Positions 41,635-52,840 of a DNA stretch of 59,032 nt are shown one piece after another. Source of the DNA: Elusimicrobiota bacterium (GTDB lineage Bacteria > CG03 > SLGR01 > JAGXOG01); NCBI GenBank assembly GCA_051745145.1, contig JBNJDT010000008.1:1-59032 (forward strand), given 5' to 3'. The notes below the pieces were generated by a model. The model was not told the origin of the DNA. It searched no databases and was given only the letters and a program-made list of their open reading frames with translations. Numbering within the stretch: the first letter of the stretch is position 1; each line of letters starts with the position of its first letter. The position numbers and the translations under genes were made by a program.

Positions 41635-43320
41635 ATGAGAGGTTCAAAAATAGTTCTGGAAAGTCTTAAGAAAGAAGGGGTTGATATAATATTCGGGATT
41701 TGCGGCGGTTCGGTAATCCCCATATTCGATGATTTACACGATGAAAAAGATCTGAGATTTTTGTTGACCCGCCATGAACAGGCAGCAGCCCATATGGCTG
41801 ACGGTTACGCCCGCTCAACCGGTAAAGTGGGGGTCTGTCTGGCCACTTCCGGTCCGGGCGCTACCAACTTTGTTACGGGACTGGCTACGGCCTATATGGA
41901 TTCTATACCCATGGTCGCTATAACCGGCCAGGTTGGTACCCATCTGGTTGGAAACGATGCTTTCCAGGAAGCCGATACTACGGGAATAACCAGGCCGATA
42001 ACCAAGAAAAATTACCTGGTTACCGATATTGAGGATCTGGCTCCTACTATAAAAGAAGCTTTTCACCTGGCCCGTTCCGGCCGGCCGGGTCCGGTAGTAA
42101 TAGATCTTCCAAAGGATATTCAGGTAGATGAGACCGATTTTAATTATCCCAAGGAAGTCAATATCAGGGGATATAAACCCCAGATAGAAGGTAACAAGAA
42201 ACAGATAAAATTAGCGGTCGAAGCTATAAATGAATCCCAGAGACCGGTCATATATGCCGGCGGCGGAGTTATTATATCCGAAGCCAGCGATGAATTGCGG
42301 GGCCTGGCCAAAAAAGGCCGGCTGCCGGTAACTAATACCCTCATGGGAATAGGATCTTTTCCGGCCCAGTCGGATCTGTCTTTGGGTATGCTGGGAATGC
42401 ACGGAACATATTATGCCAATCACGCGGTTCAGAATTCGGATTTAATAATAGCGGTGGGCGCCAGATTTGATGACCGGGTAACCGGGAGGGTTGAAGATTT
42501 TGCCAGCGATGCCAAAATAATTCATATAGATATAGACCCCACCTCCATATCTAAAAATATAAAAGCCGACATACCCATAGTCGGTGACGCCAAAAATATT
42601 TTAAAATCCCTGACAAAACGGGTTAAAAAGAAAGATCGCAAAGACTGGCACGAGAAGATTAAAGCCTGGAAAGACAGACATCCGTTAACTTACAAAAAGG
42701 ACGGAAAATTAAAACCCCAGTATGTGGTTGAAAAGCTCTGGGAGGTTACCGAAGGGAACGCGGTTATTACCACCGAAGTGGGCCAGTGCCAGATGTGGGC
42801 CGAACAGTTTTACAAATACGATAAGCCCCGGACATTTTTAACTTCCGGCGGGCTGGGGACCATGGGCTACGGTTTCCCGGCGGCCATCGGCGCAAAATTC
42901 GGCCGGCCGGATCAGCCGGTCGTGGATATAGCCGGGGACGGAAGTTTTCAGATGAATATACAGGAACTGGCTACCTGCGTGGTGGAACAAATTCCAGTTA
43001 TTATTTTAATTTTAAATAATAATTACCTGGGGATGGTCCGTCAGTGGCAGTCTCTCTTTTTTGATAAAAGATATTCGGCGGTCTGTCTTGGAAAAGATGC
43101 GGACTGCAGGGTACCCGATTTTGCCAAAGTTGCCCGGGCTTACGGGGCCAAGGGAATAACAGTAAAAGAAGACGGCGAGGTAGTACCGGCTTTAAAAGAA
43201 GCCCTTAAGGTGAAAGACAAACCGGTTGTAATTGACTGCCTGGTGGATCCGGAAGAGGATGTCTATCCCATGGTACCCGGCGGTGCGGCCATTGATGAAA
43301 TTCTTCTGGATATGGCTTAA
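41635..43320 (+). CDS. ilvB: Acetolactate synthase large subunit
   Basis: [39 protein letters not shown]. Confidence 0.97.
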   Translation: MRGSKIVLESLKKEGVDIIFGICGGSVIPIFDDLHDEKDLRFLLTRHEQAAAHMADGYARSTGKVGVCLATSGPGATNFVTGLATAYMDSIPMVAITGQVGTHLVGNDAFQEADTTGITRPITKKNYLVTDIEDLAPTIKEAFHLARSGRPGPVVIDLPKDIQVDETDFNYPKEVNIRGYKPQIEGNKKQIKLAVEAINESQRPVIYAGGGVIISEASDELRGLAKKGRLPVTNTLMGIGSFPAQSDLSLGMLGMHGTYYANHAVQNSDLIIAVGARFDDRVTGRVEDFASDAKIIHIDIDPTSISKNIKADIPIVGDAKNILKSLTKRVKKKDRKDWHEKIKAWKDRHPLTYKKDGKLKPQYVVEKLWEVTEGNAVITTEVGQCQMWAEQFYKYDKPRTFLTSGGLGTMGYGFPAAIGAKFGRPDQPVVDIAGDGSFQMNIQELATCVVEQIPVIILILNNNYLGMVRQWQSLFFDKRYSAVCLGKDADCRVPDFAKVARAYGAKGITVKEDGEVVPALKEALKVKDKPVVIDCLVDPEEDVYPMVPGGAAIDEILLDMA

Positions 43321-43374
43321 ATAATAGTTATTAACTTAAAACCTTATTTTAAAAATTAAAAGGAGTAGATAAAA

Positions 43375-43857
43375 ATGATGAAACATACGATATCAGTTTT
43401 AGTTGAAAATGAATTCGGGGTTCTGGCCAAAATTTCGGGGCTTTTCAGCGCCCGGGGATTTAATATTGATTCTCTGGCGGTCGGAGAAACAGAGAACTCC
43501 GATGTATCCCGGATGACCATAGTAGTTAAAGGGGATGAATCTGTTTTAGAACAGGTTACCAAGCAGTTAAATAAATTACCGGATGTAATAAAAGTAAAAG
43601 ATTATCTGGGTAAAGATATAGTGGAAAGAGATTTAATACTGATAAGAGTAAAAGCCGAAAAAGAGAACCGGCCCGAAATTATGGAAATTGTATCCATATT
43701 CAGAGCCAAAATTGTGGATGTGGCCGATGAAAGTGTAACTGTTGAAGTTACCGGAACAGAGGATAAAATTAAAGCTTTTATAAAGCTTATGGAACCCTAC
43801 AAAATAATTGAACTTGTACGGACGGGAATTATAGCATTAGAAAGAGGAGGAAAATAA
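43375..43857 (+). CDS. ilvN: Acetolactate synthase small subunit
   Basis: [29 protein letters not shown]. Confidence 0.96.
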   Translation: MMKHTISVLVENEFGVLAKISGLFSARGFNIDSLAVGETENSDVSRMTIVVKGDESVLEQVTKQLNKLPDVIKVKDYLGKDIVERDLILIRVKAEKENRPEIMEIVSIFRAKIVDVADESVTVEVTGTEDKIKAFIKLMEPYKIIELVRTGIIALERGGK

Positions 43858-44855
43858 TGAGTGCAAAAATTTATTATCATGATGATGCAGATCTATCGTT
43901 ACTTGAGGGAAAGAAAATTGCCGTAATAGGTTACGGTTCCCAGGGGCATGCCCATGCTCTTAATCTTAAAGATTCGGGTGTGGAAGTTGTTGTAGCCGAT
44001 GTAGAGGGGTCGGACAACTGGAAACAGGCCGAGAAAGACGGATTTAATCCGGTAACCGCAAAAGAGGCGGCTAAAGATGAGGATGTATTCTGGGTGCATC
44101 TTTTAGTGCCGGATACTATTCAGCCGGCGGTATATGAAGAGATTAAACCCTATCTTGAAGAAAAAGAGGAGTTAGTCCTGGGATTTTCCCATGGTTTTAA
44201 CATCCGGTTTAACCAGATTGAACCCCCGGAAAACAGCGATGTGGTAATGATTGCCCCTAAAGGTCCGGGACATCTGGTAAGAGATATATACAAAGCCGGT
44301 AACGGCGTACCTATGCTGGTAGCCGTTGATAAAGATTTTTCCGGTAAAGCCATGGATTACGCTCTTGCTTATGCCAAAGGAACCGGAGGAACCCGTGCGG
44401 GAGTAATTGAAACTACTTTTGAAGAAGAGACCGAAACTGACCTTTTCGGGGAGCAGACTGTACTGTGCGGCGGAGTTGTAGAACTTATAAAGAAAGGGTT
44501 TGAAACTCTTGTGGAAGCGGGTTATCAACCTGAAATCGCCTATTTTGAATGTCTCCATGAGATGAAATTAATAATAGATCTCATACACGAGAAAGGTATA
44601 GCTTATATGAACTATTCCATAAGCGATACAGCCGAATACGGTGAATATTCCCGGGGCGAGAGAATAATAAATGACGAGACTAAAAAAGAGATGAAAAAGA
44701 TACTCGGTGAAATAACATCCGGCGAATTTGCCAAAGAATGGATAGAAGAAAACAGGAAAAATCGCCCGGTATTTACAAAGAAACAGTCTGAACTGAAAAA
44801 TCACCGCATAGAAAAGGTTGGAAAAAAATTACGGGAAATGATGGACTGGCTGTGA
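43857..44855 (+). CDS. ilvC: Ketol-acid reductoisomerase
   Basis: [37 protein letters not shown]. Confidence 0.98.
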   Translation: MSAKIYYHDDADLSLLEGKKIAVIGYGSQGHAHALNLKDSGVEVVVADVEGSDNWKQAEKDGFNPVTAKEAAKDEDVFWVHLLVPDTIQPAVYEEIKPYLEEKEELVLGFSHGFNIRFNQIEPPENSDVVMIAPKGPGHLVRDIYKAGNGVPMLVAVDKDFSGKAMDYALAYAKGTGGTRAGVIETTFEEETETDLFGEQTVLCGGVVELIKKGFETLVEAGYQPEIAYFECLHEMKLIIDLIHEKGIAYMNYSISDTAEYGEYSRGERIINDETKKEMKKILGEITSGEFAKEWIEENRKNRPVFTKKQSELKNHRIEKVGKKLREMMDWL

Positions 44856-44873
44856 TATCAGACCTAAATTAAT

Positions 44874-46427
44874 ATGGACAGAATAATATTTTTTGATACT
44901 ACCTTAAGAGACGGTGAGCAGTCTCCGGGCGCCAGTATGAATATGGCTGAAAAAATGCAGATCGGAAGGCAGCTTGAGAGATTGGGAGTGGATGTAATAG
45001 AAGCCGGTTTTCCCATCAGTTCGCCCGGAGATTTTGAGGCTGTAAACCGGCTGGCCAAAGAGCTGGAAAATACAACTGTATGCGGTCTGGCCAGGGCCCG
45101 GGAAAAGGATATAAAAAGGTGCTGGGAAGCTTTAAAACCGGCTAAAAAACCCCGGATACATACTTTTATAGCTACCAGCCCCATACACCGCAAGGCAAAA
45201 TTAAAATTATCAAAAAAAGAAATTCTTCAAAAAACCGAGCAGGCTGTTAAACTGGCTGTATCTTTGTGCGATGATGTGGAATTCTCCGCTGAAGATGCTA
45301 TCAGGACAGAACTTGAGTTTTTAAAGAAGGTCATAAAAGTAGCCGTAAAGGCGGGAGCTAACACCGTAAATATACCGGATACGGTAGGATATACCATGCC
45401 GGGTGAATACGGACACATCATAAAAGAAGTTAAAGAAGTTGTACCAGATAATGTTGTAATAAGCGTTCACTGTCACAATGATCTGGGAATGGCTTCGGCT
45501 AATTCTCTGGCTGCAATTGAAAATGGAGCTACCCAGGTAGAGTGCACCATAAACGGTATAGGAGAGCGGGCGGGCAATGCCGCTTTAGAAGAGATAGCTA
45601 TGAGTATTGTTACCCGCAAGGATATTTACAATAAGGAAATCGCTCTGGATACCGAGCAGATTTATCCCACGTCCTCTTTAGTCTCCAGGCTTTCGGGCAT
45701 ATCTATTCAAAAAAATAAAGCGATAGTCGGTGAAAATGCTTTTAAACACGAGGCCGGCATACATCAGCACGGTGTAATTGAAGATAAACTTACTTATGAA
45801 ATAATGACCCCCCGGTCCATAGGCAGGAAAGTGGAAGCTCTGGTTTTGGGGAAACATTCGGGAAAACACGCTCTTAAAGAAAGACTTAAAAATTTAGGGG
45901 TGGACCTTGAAAAAATAGATATGGAAAATTTATTTGGAAAATTCAAGGAAGTGGCCGATAAGAAAAAAGAAGTTTACGACGATGAGCTTTTAACCCTGCT
46001 TGAAGAACAGCTGGGTTCGGTTAAAAAAACTTACGAAATGAAATATTTGCACACTATAGCGGGAACTGGAATAATGCCCAGCGCCGCTGTAAAAATTAAA
46101 GTAAATAAGAAGGGTGAATCTGAAATTATTCAGAATGCCTCCGCGGGAGACGGTCCGGTAGATGCCTGTTACAATGCAATAAATAAGATAACCGGCATAG
46201 AGGTAACCCTGGTTGATTATATGATTAAAGCCGTATCCAAAGGGGGGGATTCAATGGGGGAGGTAACCGTTGTTATAAAAAAAGCAGAAGGAACACGGGA
46301 GATACACGGCAGGAGTGCCTCTACGGACATAATAGAAGCGTCGGCTCTGGCATATATTTCGGCTTTAAACAGGTTGATCCTTATGGAAGAAAATGGTAAA
46401 GATGGTCCTCAGAGAGTACACCTTTGA
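44874..46427 (+). CDS. leuA: 2-isopropylmalate synthase
   Basis: DTTLRDGEQSPG, HCHND, GIGERAGN, HEAGIHQ, C-terminal regulatory domain. Confidence 0.96.
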   Translation: MDRIIFFDTTLRDGEQSPGASMNMAEKMQIGRQLERLGVDVIEAGFPISSPGDFEAVNRLAKELENTTVCGLARAREKDIKRCWEALKPAKKPRIHTFIATSPIHRKAKLKLSKKEILQKTEQAVKLAVSLCDDVEFSAEDAIRTELEFLKKVIKVAVKAGANTVNIPDTVGYTMPGEYGHIIKEVKEVVPDNVVISVHCHNDLGMASANSLAAIENGATQVECTINGIGERAGNAALEEIAMSIVTRKDIYNKEIALDTEQIYPTSSLVSRLSGISIQKNKAIVGENAFKHEAGIHQHGVIEDKLTYEIMTPRSIGRKVEALVLGKHSGKHALKERLKNLGVDLEKIDMENLFGKFKEVADKKKEVYDDELLTLLEEQLGSVKKTYEMKYLHTIAGTGIMPSAAVKIKVNKKGESEIIQNASAGDGPVDACYNAINKITGIEVTLVDYMIKAVSKGGDSMGEVTVVIKKAEGTREIHGRSASTDIIEASALAYISALNRLILMEENGKDGPQRVHL

Positions 46428-46441
46428 AAGAGAGGTAAATA

Positions 46442-47704
46442 ATGAGTTTAGGAAGAAAAATATACGCAAAAAAATTAGAACAGAAAAAATTACAACCGGG
46501 TGACTTTATAGAAGTTGATGTGGATGTGATTTTGTCCAATGATATTACTACGCCACTGGCTATAGATGCATTCGAAAAATCCGGCGTGAATGAGATAGCG
46601 GATCCCGAAAAAGTAGTTATTGTGGCAGATCACTTTACTCCCAATAAAGATATAGATTCCGCCGAGCAGGTAAAGAAGGTCAGAAATTTTGCCAGAAAGT
46701 GGGATTTAAAATTTTTTGAAGCGGGAAAGGGAATAGAACACGTGCTTTTGCCCGAAAAAGGACTTGTGGTTCCCCAGGATATTGTAATAGGGGCAGATTC
46801 TCATACCGTAACTTACGGAGCCTTAGGGGCGGTGGCCAGCGGAGTGGGGTCCACGGATGTAGCCTACGCCTGGGCCACCGGAAAATGCTGGTTTAAAGTT
46901 CCGCCGGCCGTAAAAGTGGTAATTAACGGTAAATTAAAACCCCATGTGAGCGGAAAAGATATTATACTACATCTAATTTCTCTTCTGGGAACGGACGGTG
47001 CGCTGTATAAGGGACTGGAATTCTGCGGTGATACAATAAATGAGCTTTCTATGGATTCAAGGTTTACCATGTCAAATATGGTTGTAGAATGCGGTGCCAA
47101 ATACGGGATAATGGAGCCCGATACCCAGACAATAGAATTTATAGAAAAACGGGCGAAGCGACCTTATAGACCTTTCCCCGATCATTATTCTATAAAAAAA
47201 GACGACGATTATGAAGAAATAATAGAGATTGATGCCGATGTTATTGAACCCCAGGTGGCTTTCCCGTTTTCTCCGGCTAATTCCAGGTCGGTTAATTCTA
47301 TAGAAAAAATAAAGTTAGATCAGGTGGTAATTGGATCCTGTACTAACGGGAGATGGGAAGATTATGTAAAGGCGGCTAAGATAATTGACGGTAGAAAAGT
47401 TGCTTCGGACGTGAGGCTGATTTTAATTCCTTCGACGGAAAAACTGTATAACAGATTAATTTCCGAGGGGTTGCTTAAGATTTTTTCCGATGCCGGGGCT
47501 ATAGTGAGCCCCCCTACCTGCGGACCCTGTCTGGGGGGACATATGGGAATACTGGCCTCCGGGGAGAAAGCACTTTCCACCACTAACAGAAACTTTGTAG
47601 GTAGAATGGGACATAAAGAATCACAGGTGTATCTGGCCAATCCTGAAATTGCAGCTGCTTCTGCTATAACGGGTTATATAACATCGCCGGATAACTTAGA
47701 GTAA
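46442..47704 (+). CDS. leuC: 3-isopropylmalate dehydratase large subunit (short, homoaconitase-type)
   Basis: DSHT, GSCTNGR, CGPCLG, STTNRNF; operon context. Confidence 0.92.
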   Translation: MSLGRKIYAKKLEQKKLQPGDFIEVDVDVILSNDITTPLAIDAFEKSGVNEIADPEKVVIVADHFTPNKDIDSAEQVKKVRNFARKWDLKFFEAGKGIEHVLLPEKGLVVPQDIVIGADSHTVTYGALGAVASGVGSTDVAYAWATGKCWFKVPPAVKVVINGKLKPHVSGKDIILHLISLLGTDGALYKGLEFCGDTINELSMDSRFTMSNMVVECGAKYGIMEPDTQTIEFIEKRAKRPYRPFPDHYSIKKDDDYEEIIEIDADVIEPQVAFPFSPANSRSVNSIEKIKLDQVVIGSCTNGRWEDYVKAAKIIDGRKVASDVRLILIPSTEKLYNRLISEGLLKIFSDAGAIVSPPTCGPCLGGHMGILASGEKALSTTNRNFVGRMGHKESQVYLANPEIAAASAITGYITSPDNLE

Positions 47705-47722
47705 AAAGAAAGGATTATACCA

Positions 47723-47989
47723 ATGAATACAAAAGTAAGAGAAACCGGAAATATAATAATTTATATTAAGGATGTAAAAATACAGGGCAATATATATACC
47801 CGGAAGAGATATACCCGGGGTAGAATAAGTGATTCCTTAAACCGGGAAAACAAAAAATTTATTCCGGTAACTGAAGCTAAAATTTTTGATTATGAATCCG
47901 GAGATTTACTGGATGAACAGGACTATTTATTCGTAAACAGAGAAAATATTCTGTACGTAAAACCGGGAGAGACACAGGACAATGAATAA
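47723..47989 (+). CDS. Small hypothetical protein (DUF6812-like from memory)
   Basis: RISDSLN...FIPVTEA...LFVNR pattern; RBS AAGGA; stop overlaps the leuD start. Confidence 0.65.
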   Translation: MNTKVRETGNIIIYIKDVKIQGNIYTRKRYTRGRISDSLNRENKKFIPVTEAKIFDYESGDLLDEQDYLFVNRENILYVKPGETQDNE

Positions 47990-48482
47990 TAAAGAAACTT
48001 TACAGGTAGAAGGTAAAGTATTTAAATTTGGCAACAGTGTAGATACCGACCAGATTATTCCGGCCCGTTATCTTAAAAATTCCAGCAGGGAAAAATTAGC
48101 TACCCACTGTATGTCCGGGGTGGATGAGGATTTCAGTAAAAAAGTGGATTCCGGGGATATAATAGTCGGCGGAAAAGATTTTGGATGCGGATCATCTAGA
48201 GAGCATGCTCCGCTGTCTATAAAAAGTTGCGGAGTCGGAGCAGTCATTGCAGAAAGTTTTGCCCGGATATTTTACCGGAACGCAATTAATATCGGGTTAC
48301 CCATAGTTGAGGTTGAGGATTTTAAGGCCAGTACCGGTGATGTAGTTAATATCGATTTTAATAAGGGGGAAATTGAGAATAAGACTACGGAACAGTCCTG
48401 GAATATTCCGGAATACCCCCGGTATATCAAAGATATTATCGAAGCCGGCGGTTTGATGGAGAAGTTGGCTAAAAGTCAGTAA
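47982..48482 (+). CDS. leuD: 3-isopropylmalate dehydratase small subunit
   Basis: VDTDQIIP, FGCGSSREHA, SFARIFYRN. Confidence 0.95.
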   Translation: MNNKETLQVEGKVFKFGNSVDTDQIIPARYLKNSSREKLATHCMSGVDEDFSKKVDSGDIIVGGKDFGCGSSREHAPLSIKSCGVGAVIAESFARIFYRNAINIGLPIVEVEDFKASTGDVVNIDFNKGEIENKTTEQSWNIPEYPRYIKDIIEAGGLMEKLAKSQ

Positions 48483-48491
48483 GGATTACAT

Positions 48492-49613
48492 ATGAGCAAA
48501 GATTATAATATAGCAGTCATACCCGGAGACGGGACGGGTCCGGAAGTGATTAACGAAGGTTTAAAAGTATTAAAATCGGCCGGTGAAAAATACAAAATAA
48601 ATTTTAATTTTAAGGAGTATGATTTTGGCGGTAAAAGGTATAAGAGAACCGGTGAAATCCTGCCCCAATCTGCAATTGAGGAATTTAAAGATTTTGATGC
48701 CATTTACTTAGGGGCCATAGGGGATCCGGATGTTGCTCCCGGAATACTGGAGAAAGGAATTTTACTTAAACTCAGATTTGCTCTGGATCAGTATGTAAAT
48801 TTACGTCCCATAAAACTGTACAAGGGCGTAGAATGTCCTCTGAAAGATAAAAAACCGGAAGAAGTAGATTTTGTGGTAGTACGCGAAAATACAGAGGACC
48901 TTTATTCGGGAACCGGAGGATTTACCCATAAAGACACCTCAAATGAAGTAGCTGTGCAGAGCGCAGTCTATACCCGCAAGGGAGTGGACAGGGCTTTAAA
49001 ATATGCGTTTGAGTACGCTAAAAACCGGAGAAGTCACCGGCCCTGGAAGGGACTTTCCCAAAAAGAAAAAGAAGAGGGTAAAGTGGGACAGGTTACCCTG
49101 GTGGGGAAGACAAATGTTTTAACTTATATTTACGATTTATGGGAAAGAGCGTTTGAAAAGATGGGGGAGAACGAATATCCAAACATAAAAAGAGATTACA
49201 ATCATGTGGATGCCTGCTGTATGTGGATGGTTAAAAATCCCCAGTGGTACGATGTAATTGTAACCGGAAATATGTTCGGAGATATAATTACCGATCTGGG
49301 AGCGATTATACAGGGGGGAATGGGAATAGCCGCCGGCGGTAATATTAACCCGGACGGGGTCTCCATGTTCGAGCCTATAGGCGGTTCTGCTCCCAAATAT
49401 ACGGGTATGAATGTAATAAATCCTCTGGCGGCAATATCCGCCGGTCAGCTTATGTTAGATGAACTAGGTGAAAAAGAAGCGGCCGGGGATATAGAGAGTT
49501 CTGTCAGATGGGTTGTCTCTGAAAAACTGGAGAGCCTGTCCGCTAAAAGGATGGGATATTCAACTGAAGAAGTTGGAGATTTAGTAGCTGAAAAGGTGGA
49601 AAATAATGAGTAA
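48492..49613 (+). CDS. leuB: 3-isopropylmalate dehydrogenase
   Basis: [34 protein letters not shown]. Confidence 0.93.
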   Translation: MSKDYNIAVIPGDGTGPEVINEGLKVLKSAGEKYKINFNFKEYDFGGKRYKRTGEILPQSAIEEFKDFDAIYLGAIGDPDVAPGILEKGILLKLRFALDQYVNLRPIKLYKGVECPLKDKKPEEVDFVVVRENTEDLYSGTGGFTHKDTSNEVAVQSAVYTRKGVDRALKYAFEYAKNRRSHRPWKGLSQKEKEEGKVGQVTLVGKTNVLTYIYDLWERAFEKMGENEYPNIKRDYNHVDACCMWMVKNPQWYDVIVTGNMFGDIITDLGAIIQGGMGIAAGGNINPDGVSMFEPIGGSAPKYTGMNVINPLAAISAGQLMLDELGEKEAAGDIESSVRWVVSEKLESLSAKRMGYSTEEVGDLVAEKVENNE

Positions 49614-50634
49614 TAAAAAATATAATGTTGCTGTAGTTGGCGCTACCGGCGCGGTCGGTCAGCAGATGAGAAGTATTTTAGAGGAACGGGATTTTCCGGT
49701 AGATAAAATCCGGTACATGGCTTCCCCGCGCTCTAAAGGGAAAGAGCTTCCCTGGAGAGATGATAAAATAGTAGTTGAAGATTTGGGGGAAGCTGATTTT
49801 GATGGTGTGGATATCGCTCTTTTTTCCGCGGGGAGCGGCCGGTCTAAGGAATTCGGGACTAAAGCAGCCAGCCAGGGAGCGGTTGTTATAGATAATTCGA
49901 GTGCTTTTAGAATGGATAAAGATATTCCCCTGGTAGTCCCGGAAGTAAATCCCGAAGACGCTCTGGAGCATGAAGGTATTATAGCCAATCCCAATTGTTC
50001 TACAATTCAGATGGTAATGGCTTTAAAGCCCATATATGATGAGGCGGGAATTAAGAGGTTAGTTGTATCCACATATCAATCCGTCTCCGGTGCAGGTCTT
50101 AAAGCGACCCGGGAATTAAAAGATCAAAGTAGAGCTTTTTTAAATGATGAACCTGTTGAGTGTGAAGTATTTCCCCACCAGATTGCCTTTGAATGCCTGC
50201 CCCAGATTCCCCAGTCTGACGCATTTGGGGATAACGGTTATACGTCCGAGGAAATGAAACTTCTAAATGAGACCCGTAAGATTATGGGGGACGATAAAAT
50301 AAGAGTAACTATGACAGCTGTCAGAGTTCCTGTTGTAGGAGGACATTCAGAAGCTGTTAATATTGAAACAGAGCGGACGATAACTCCCGAAACAGCCAGA
50401 GAATTATTGAAAGATTTTCCCGGCGTAAAAGTTCAGGATGATCCGGCCCGGGAAATTTATCCTCTGGCCAATACTTCATGGGGTAAAGATGAAGTATTTG
50501 TGGGTAGAATCCGGGAAGATGAATCAATTGACTGCGGACTTAATATGTGGGTGGTTTCGGATAATTTAAGAAAAGGAGCGGCTTTAAACACTATTCAGAT
50601 AGCCGAACTTCTGATAGAAAAGGGAAATATTTAA
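49606..50634 (+). CDS. asd: Aspartate-semialdehyde dehydrogenase
   Basis: VVGATGAVG, DNSSAFR, ANPNCST, DNLRKGAA. Confidence 0.97.
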   Translation: MSNKKYNVAVVGATGAVGQQMRSILEERDFPVDKIRYMASPRSKGKELPWRDDKIVVEDLGEADFDGVDIALFSAGSGRSKEFGTKAASQGAVVIDNSSAFRMDKDIPLVVPEVNPEDALEHEGIIANPNCSTIQMVMALKPIYDEAGIKRLVVSTYQSVSGAGLKATRELKDQSRAFLNDEPVECEVFPHQIAFECLPQIPQSDAFGDNGYTSEEMKLLNETRKIMGDDKIRVTMTAVRVPVVGGHSEAVNIETERTITPETARELLKDFPGVKVQDDPAREIYPLANTSWGKDEVFVGRIREDESIDCGLNMWVVSDNLRKGAALNTIQIAELLIEKGNI

Positions 50635-50722
50635 TTACCGGAAGTTAATTATATAATTTTAAAAGTCAAAAATTCAGCCCTGGTATCTTTTTATGTTGTA
50701 TCCGGAGGAAATCTAATTTATT

Positions 50723-51463
50723 ATGAATATTGCTCACCATTTTCTTTTAGGGCGGTATAAAGAGGGTAATACTTTAATCCACAGGCTGGATCCCCGGGTT
50801 AAATTAATTTTTATTGTAATAATATCTCTTTCCCTATTTTTTATTGATAATCTGTATGCCTTTTTTATACCCTTCGGGATGCTTTTTTTAGTGACCGTGA
50901 TTGCCCGTATAAAAATTTCCGGCTTAATCAGAGGGATTTTGCCTATTATATGGCTGGTAATGATTACTTTTGTTTTACATGCTTTTATCCCGCCCGCAAA
51001 CTTAGAATACGGCGTAAATATAAGTTTAAGAATAATTTTATTGTTCGGCTGGGCCTGTGTACTTACCGTAACTACCTCCGCAGTAAATCTGGGAAAATCC
51101 ATTGCCTGGTTTACAAGACCGTTTACATTTTTAGGAGCAAAGCCGGATTCGGTGGCCCTTACGTTTTCCATGTCTCTAAGATTTTTTCCTTTAATTTTAG
51201 AAGAGGCTGAATCAATAATAAATGCTCATAAGCTTAGAAATGACGAGTTGAATATAAAACAGAAACTGTCTTCATTTATAACCGTATTTTTTATAAGAGT
51301 ATTAAAGAAAGCCGATTTAGTTGAAAATACTCTAATAAATAGAGACTTAAATCCGGGGGAGGGTAAATCAATGTGGAGGATGGAGAGAAAAATAGGATTC
51401 AGAGAAATAACTATTTTTTTAATAGGACTGGGTTATTTGGGAGTTATAATAATATTTTTCTAA
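50723..51463 (+). CDS. ECF transporter transmembrane component T (CbiQ/EcfT family)
   Basis: IHRLDPRVK, LTVTT, MSLRFFPLILEE; multiple TM helices. Confidence 0.85.
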   Translation: MNIAHHFLLGRYKEGNTLIHRLDPRVKLIFIVIISLSLFFIDNLYAFFIPFGMLFLVTVIARIKISGLIRGILPIIWLVMITFVLHAFIPPANLEYGVNISLRIILLFGWACVLTVTTSAVNLGKSIAWFTRPFTFLGAKPDSVALTFSMSLRFFPLILEEAESIINAHKLRNDELNIKQKLSSFITVFFIRVLKKADLVENTLINRDLNPGEGKSMWRMERKIGFREITIFLIGLGYLGVIIIFF

Positions 51464-51490
51464 AAATAACGCAAAAAATAATAAAATATT

Positions 51491-51883
51491 ATGTCAATAA
51501 AATCCGGTAAAATAAATTCTTTTATAAAGTTTATGGCAGTAATATTTATCGGGGTAATAATATCATTTTTACTGTACCGGTACCAGGCAAGAAAAAATAT
51601 TAAAACGGAAGGTAAACTTCTGGCAGAGTCTATCGCCAGCGCCCAAAAAATTTATCATGCAAAGCACGGAAATTTTACCGGAACGGGCCGGACCTCCATA
51701 TCCGAAAAATTAGGCGTAGATGCCCGGTCTAATATTTATTTCACCGATTTTGAAGTTAAAAAAGCAGATAAAAAAGAATATACCGCAATAATTTATGGAA
51801 TGAAGGAAAAGGCCCCCTGGAAAATTGTATATAAAGGTTATATAGATAAACCTTCCACTATGGAAATTATGGACCGGAATTAA
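51491..51883 (+). CDS. Pilin-like hypothetical protein lacking a prepilin cleavage motif
   Basis: N-terminal TM helix followed by YRYQARKNIKTEGKLLAESIASAQKIYH, resembling the pilin alpha1-C segment. Confidence 0.5.
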   Translation: MSIKSGKINSFIKFMAVIFIGVIISFLLYRYQARKNIKTEGKLLAESIASAQKIYHAKHGNFTGTGRTSISEKLGVDARSNIYFTDFEVKKADKKEYTAIIYGMKEKAPWKIVYKGYIDKPSTMEIMDRN

Positions 51884-51953
51884 TTCCTCCACAACATAAG
51901 AAAATAATTTTTAAATAAAAGAGTGTATTAAAAATTTTGTAAGGCAGGTACTA

Positions 51954-51981
51954 TAAAGTGGGGCAGGAATACCCCACTTTA
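51954..51981. terminator. Hairpin between convergent genes (possible bidirectional terminator)
   Basis: TAAAGTGGGG-8 nt-CCCCACTTTA. Confidence 0.7.
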
Positions 51982-52012
51982 ATAGAATTTTTTTAGATAA
52001 GTTACTTAGTTT

Positions 52013-52594
52013 TTATTCCTGTTCCTGTTCCTGAGCCGGTGCTCCACCGAGATTCTGGCCGGTAATTTCAGAGAATCTTTGCTGTAATTCCGGATCCTGT
52101 TGGAGAGCATTTGAAATTTGCTGGAACCTTTCTACGTCCAGGCCGGCTTCCTCTATACCTTTGATCTGTTTTTCCTGTATATCAGTTTGCAATTTCTGTA
52201 ATTTTTCATTTATTTCCTGAAATTGCTGTTCTTCTTCCGCACTTAAATCAGCTTCCTGACCCTGCTGTTGAGCCATGGTGACTTCCTGATAGCGTTCCAT
52301 GGAAACATCGGAATCTTCTATAGTTTTAGCCATATCGGACTGGGCTTCTGAAGTAATAGGTCGGATCGACTCCATAGCTTCTGAAAACTTTTCTAATTCT
52401 TCGTCTTCAATATCGCTGCTTTCCACTGCTTCCGGTTGCTGGGGCATAGCTTCCTGCTGATTTGCTTCAGTTTCAGCTTCAGCCTGAGTTTCCTGTTCGG
52501 GTTCCGCAGATTTTTCTTCACCCGAAGAACAGGCCATAAGCCCTACTACTACTAATCCCGCAATACCTAAATTTCTAAACTTACTGATACTCAT
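52013..52594 (-). CDS. Lipoprotein with DUF4168-like helical repeats
   Basis: Lipobox LMAC; DEELEKF...GLDVERFQQI...DPELQQR; RBS GGAGG; upstream TTGACA-N16-TATATT. Confidence 0.8.
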   Translation of the reverse strand: MSISKFRNLGIAGLVVVGLMACSSGEEKSAEPEQETQAEAETEANQQEAMPQQPEAVESSDIEDEELEKFSEAMESIRPITSEAQSDMAKTIEDSDVSMERYQEVTMAQQQGQEADLSAEEEQQFQEINEKLQKLQTDIQEKQIKGIEEAGLDVERFQQISNALQQDPELQQRFSEITGQNLGGAPAQEQEQE

Positions 52595-52840
52595 TAAATA
52601 AACCTCCGTTTTCTTATAATTCCAAAATAATAAATAATTTTAATTTAGTCTCTTAATGTACAATTAATATACCAATCTGATAGGTATTGTCAAATTTTTA
52701 AAATTTATGTCTAATAACCTTAGATTATCAGGTTTAAATAAACGTACTTAGAATTAGATAATATAAATTCAGCTTGTTAATATTAAAATTAAGTATTAAT
52801 ATAAATAAATAACCTCATGAACTGTTATACAGATTAAACT

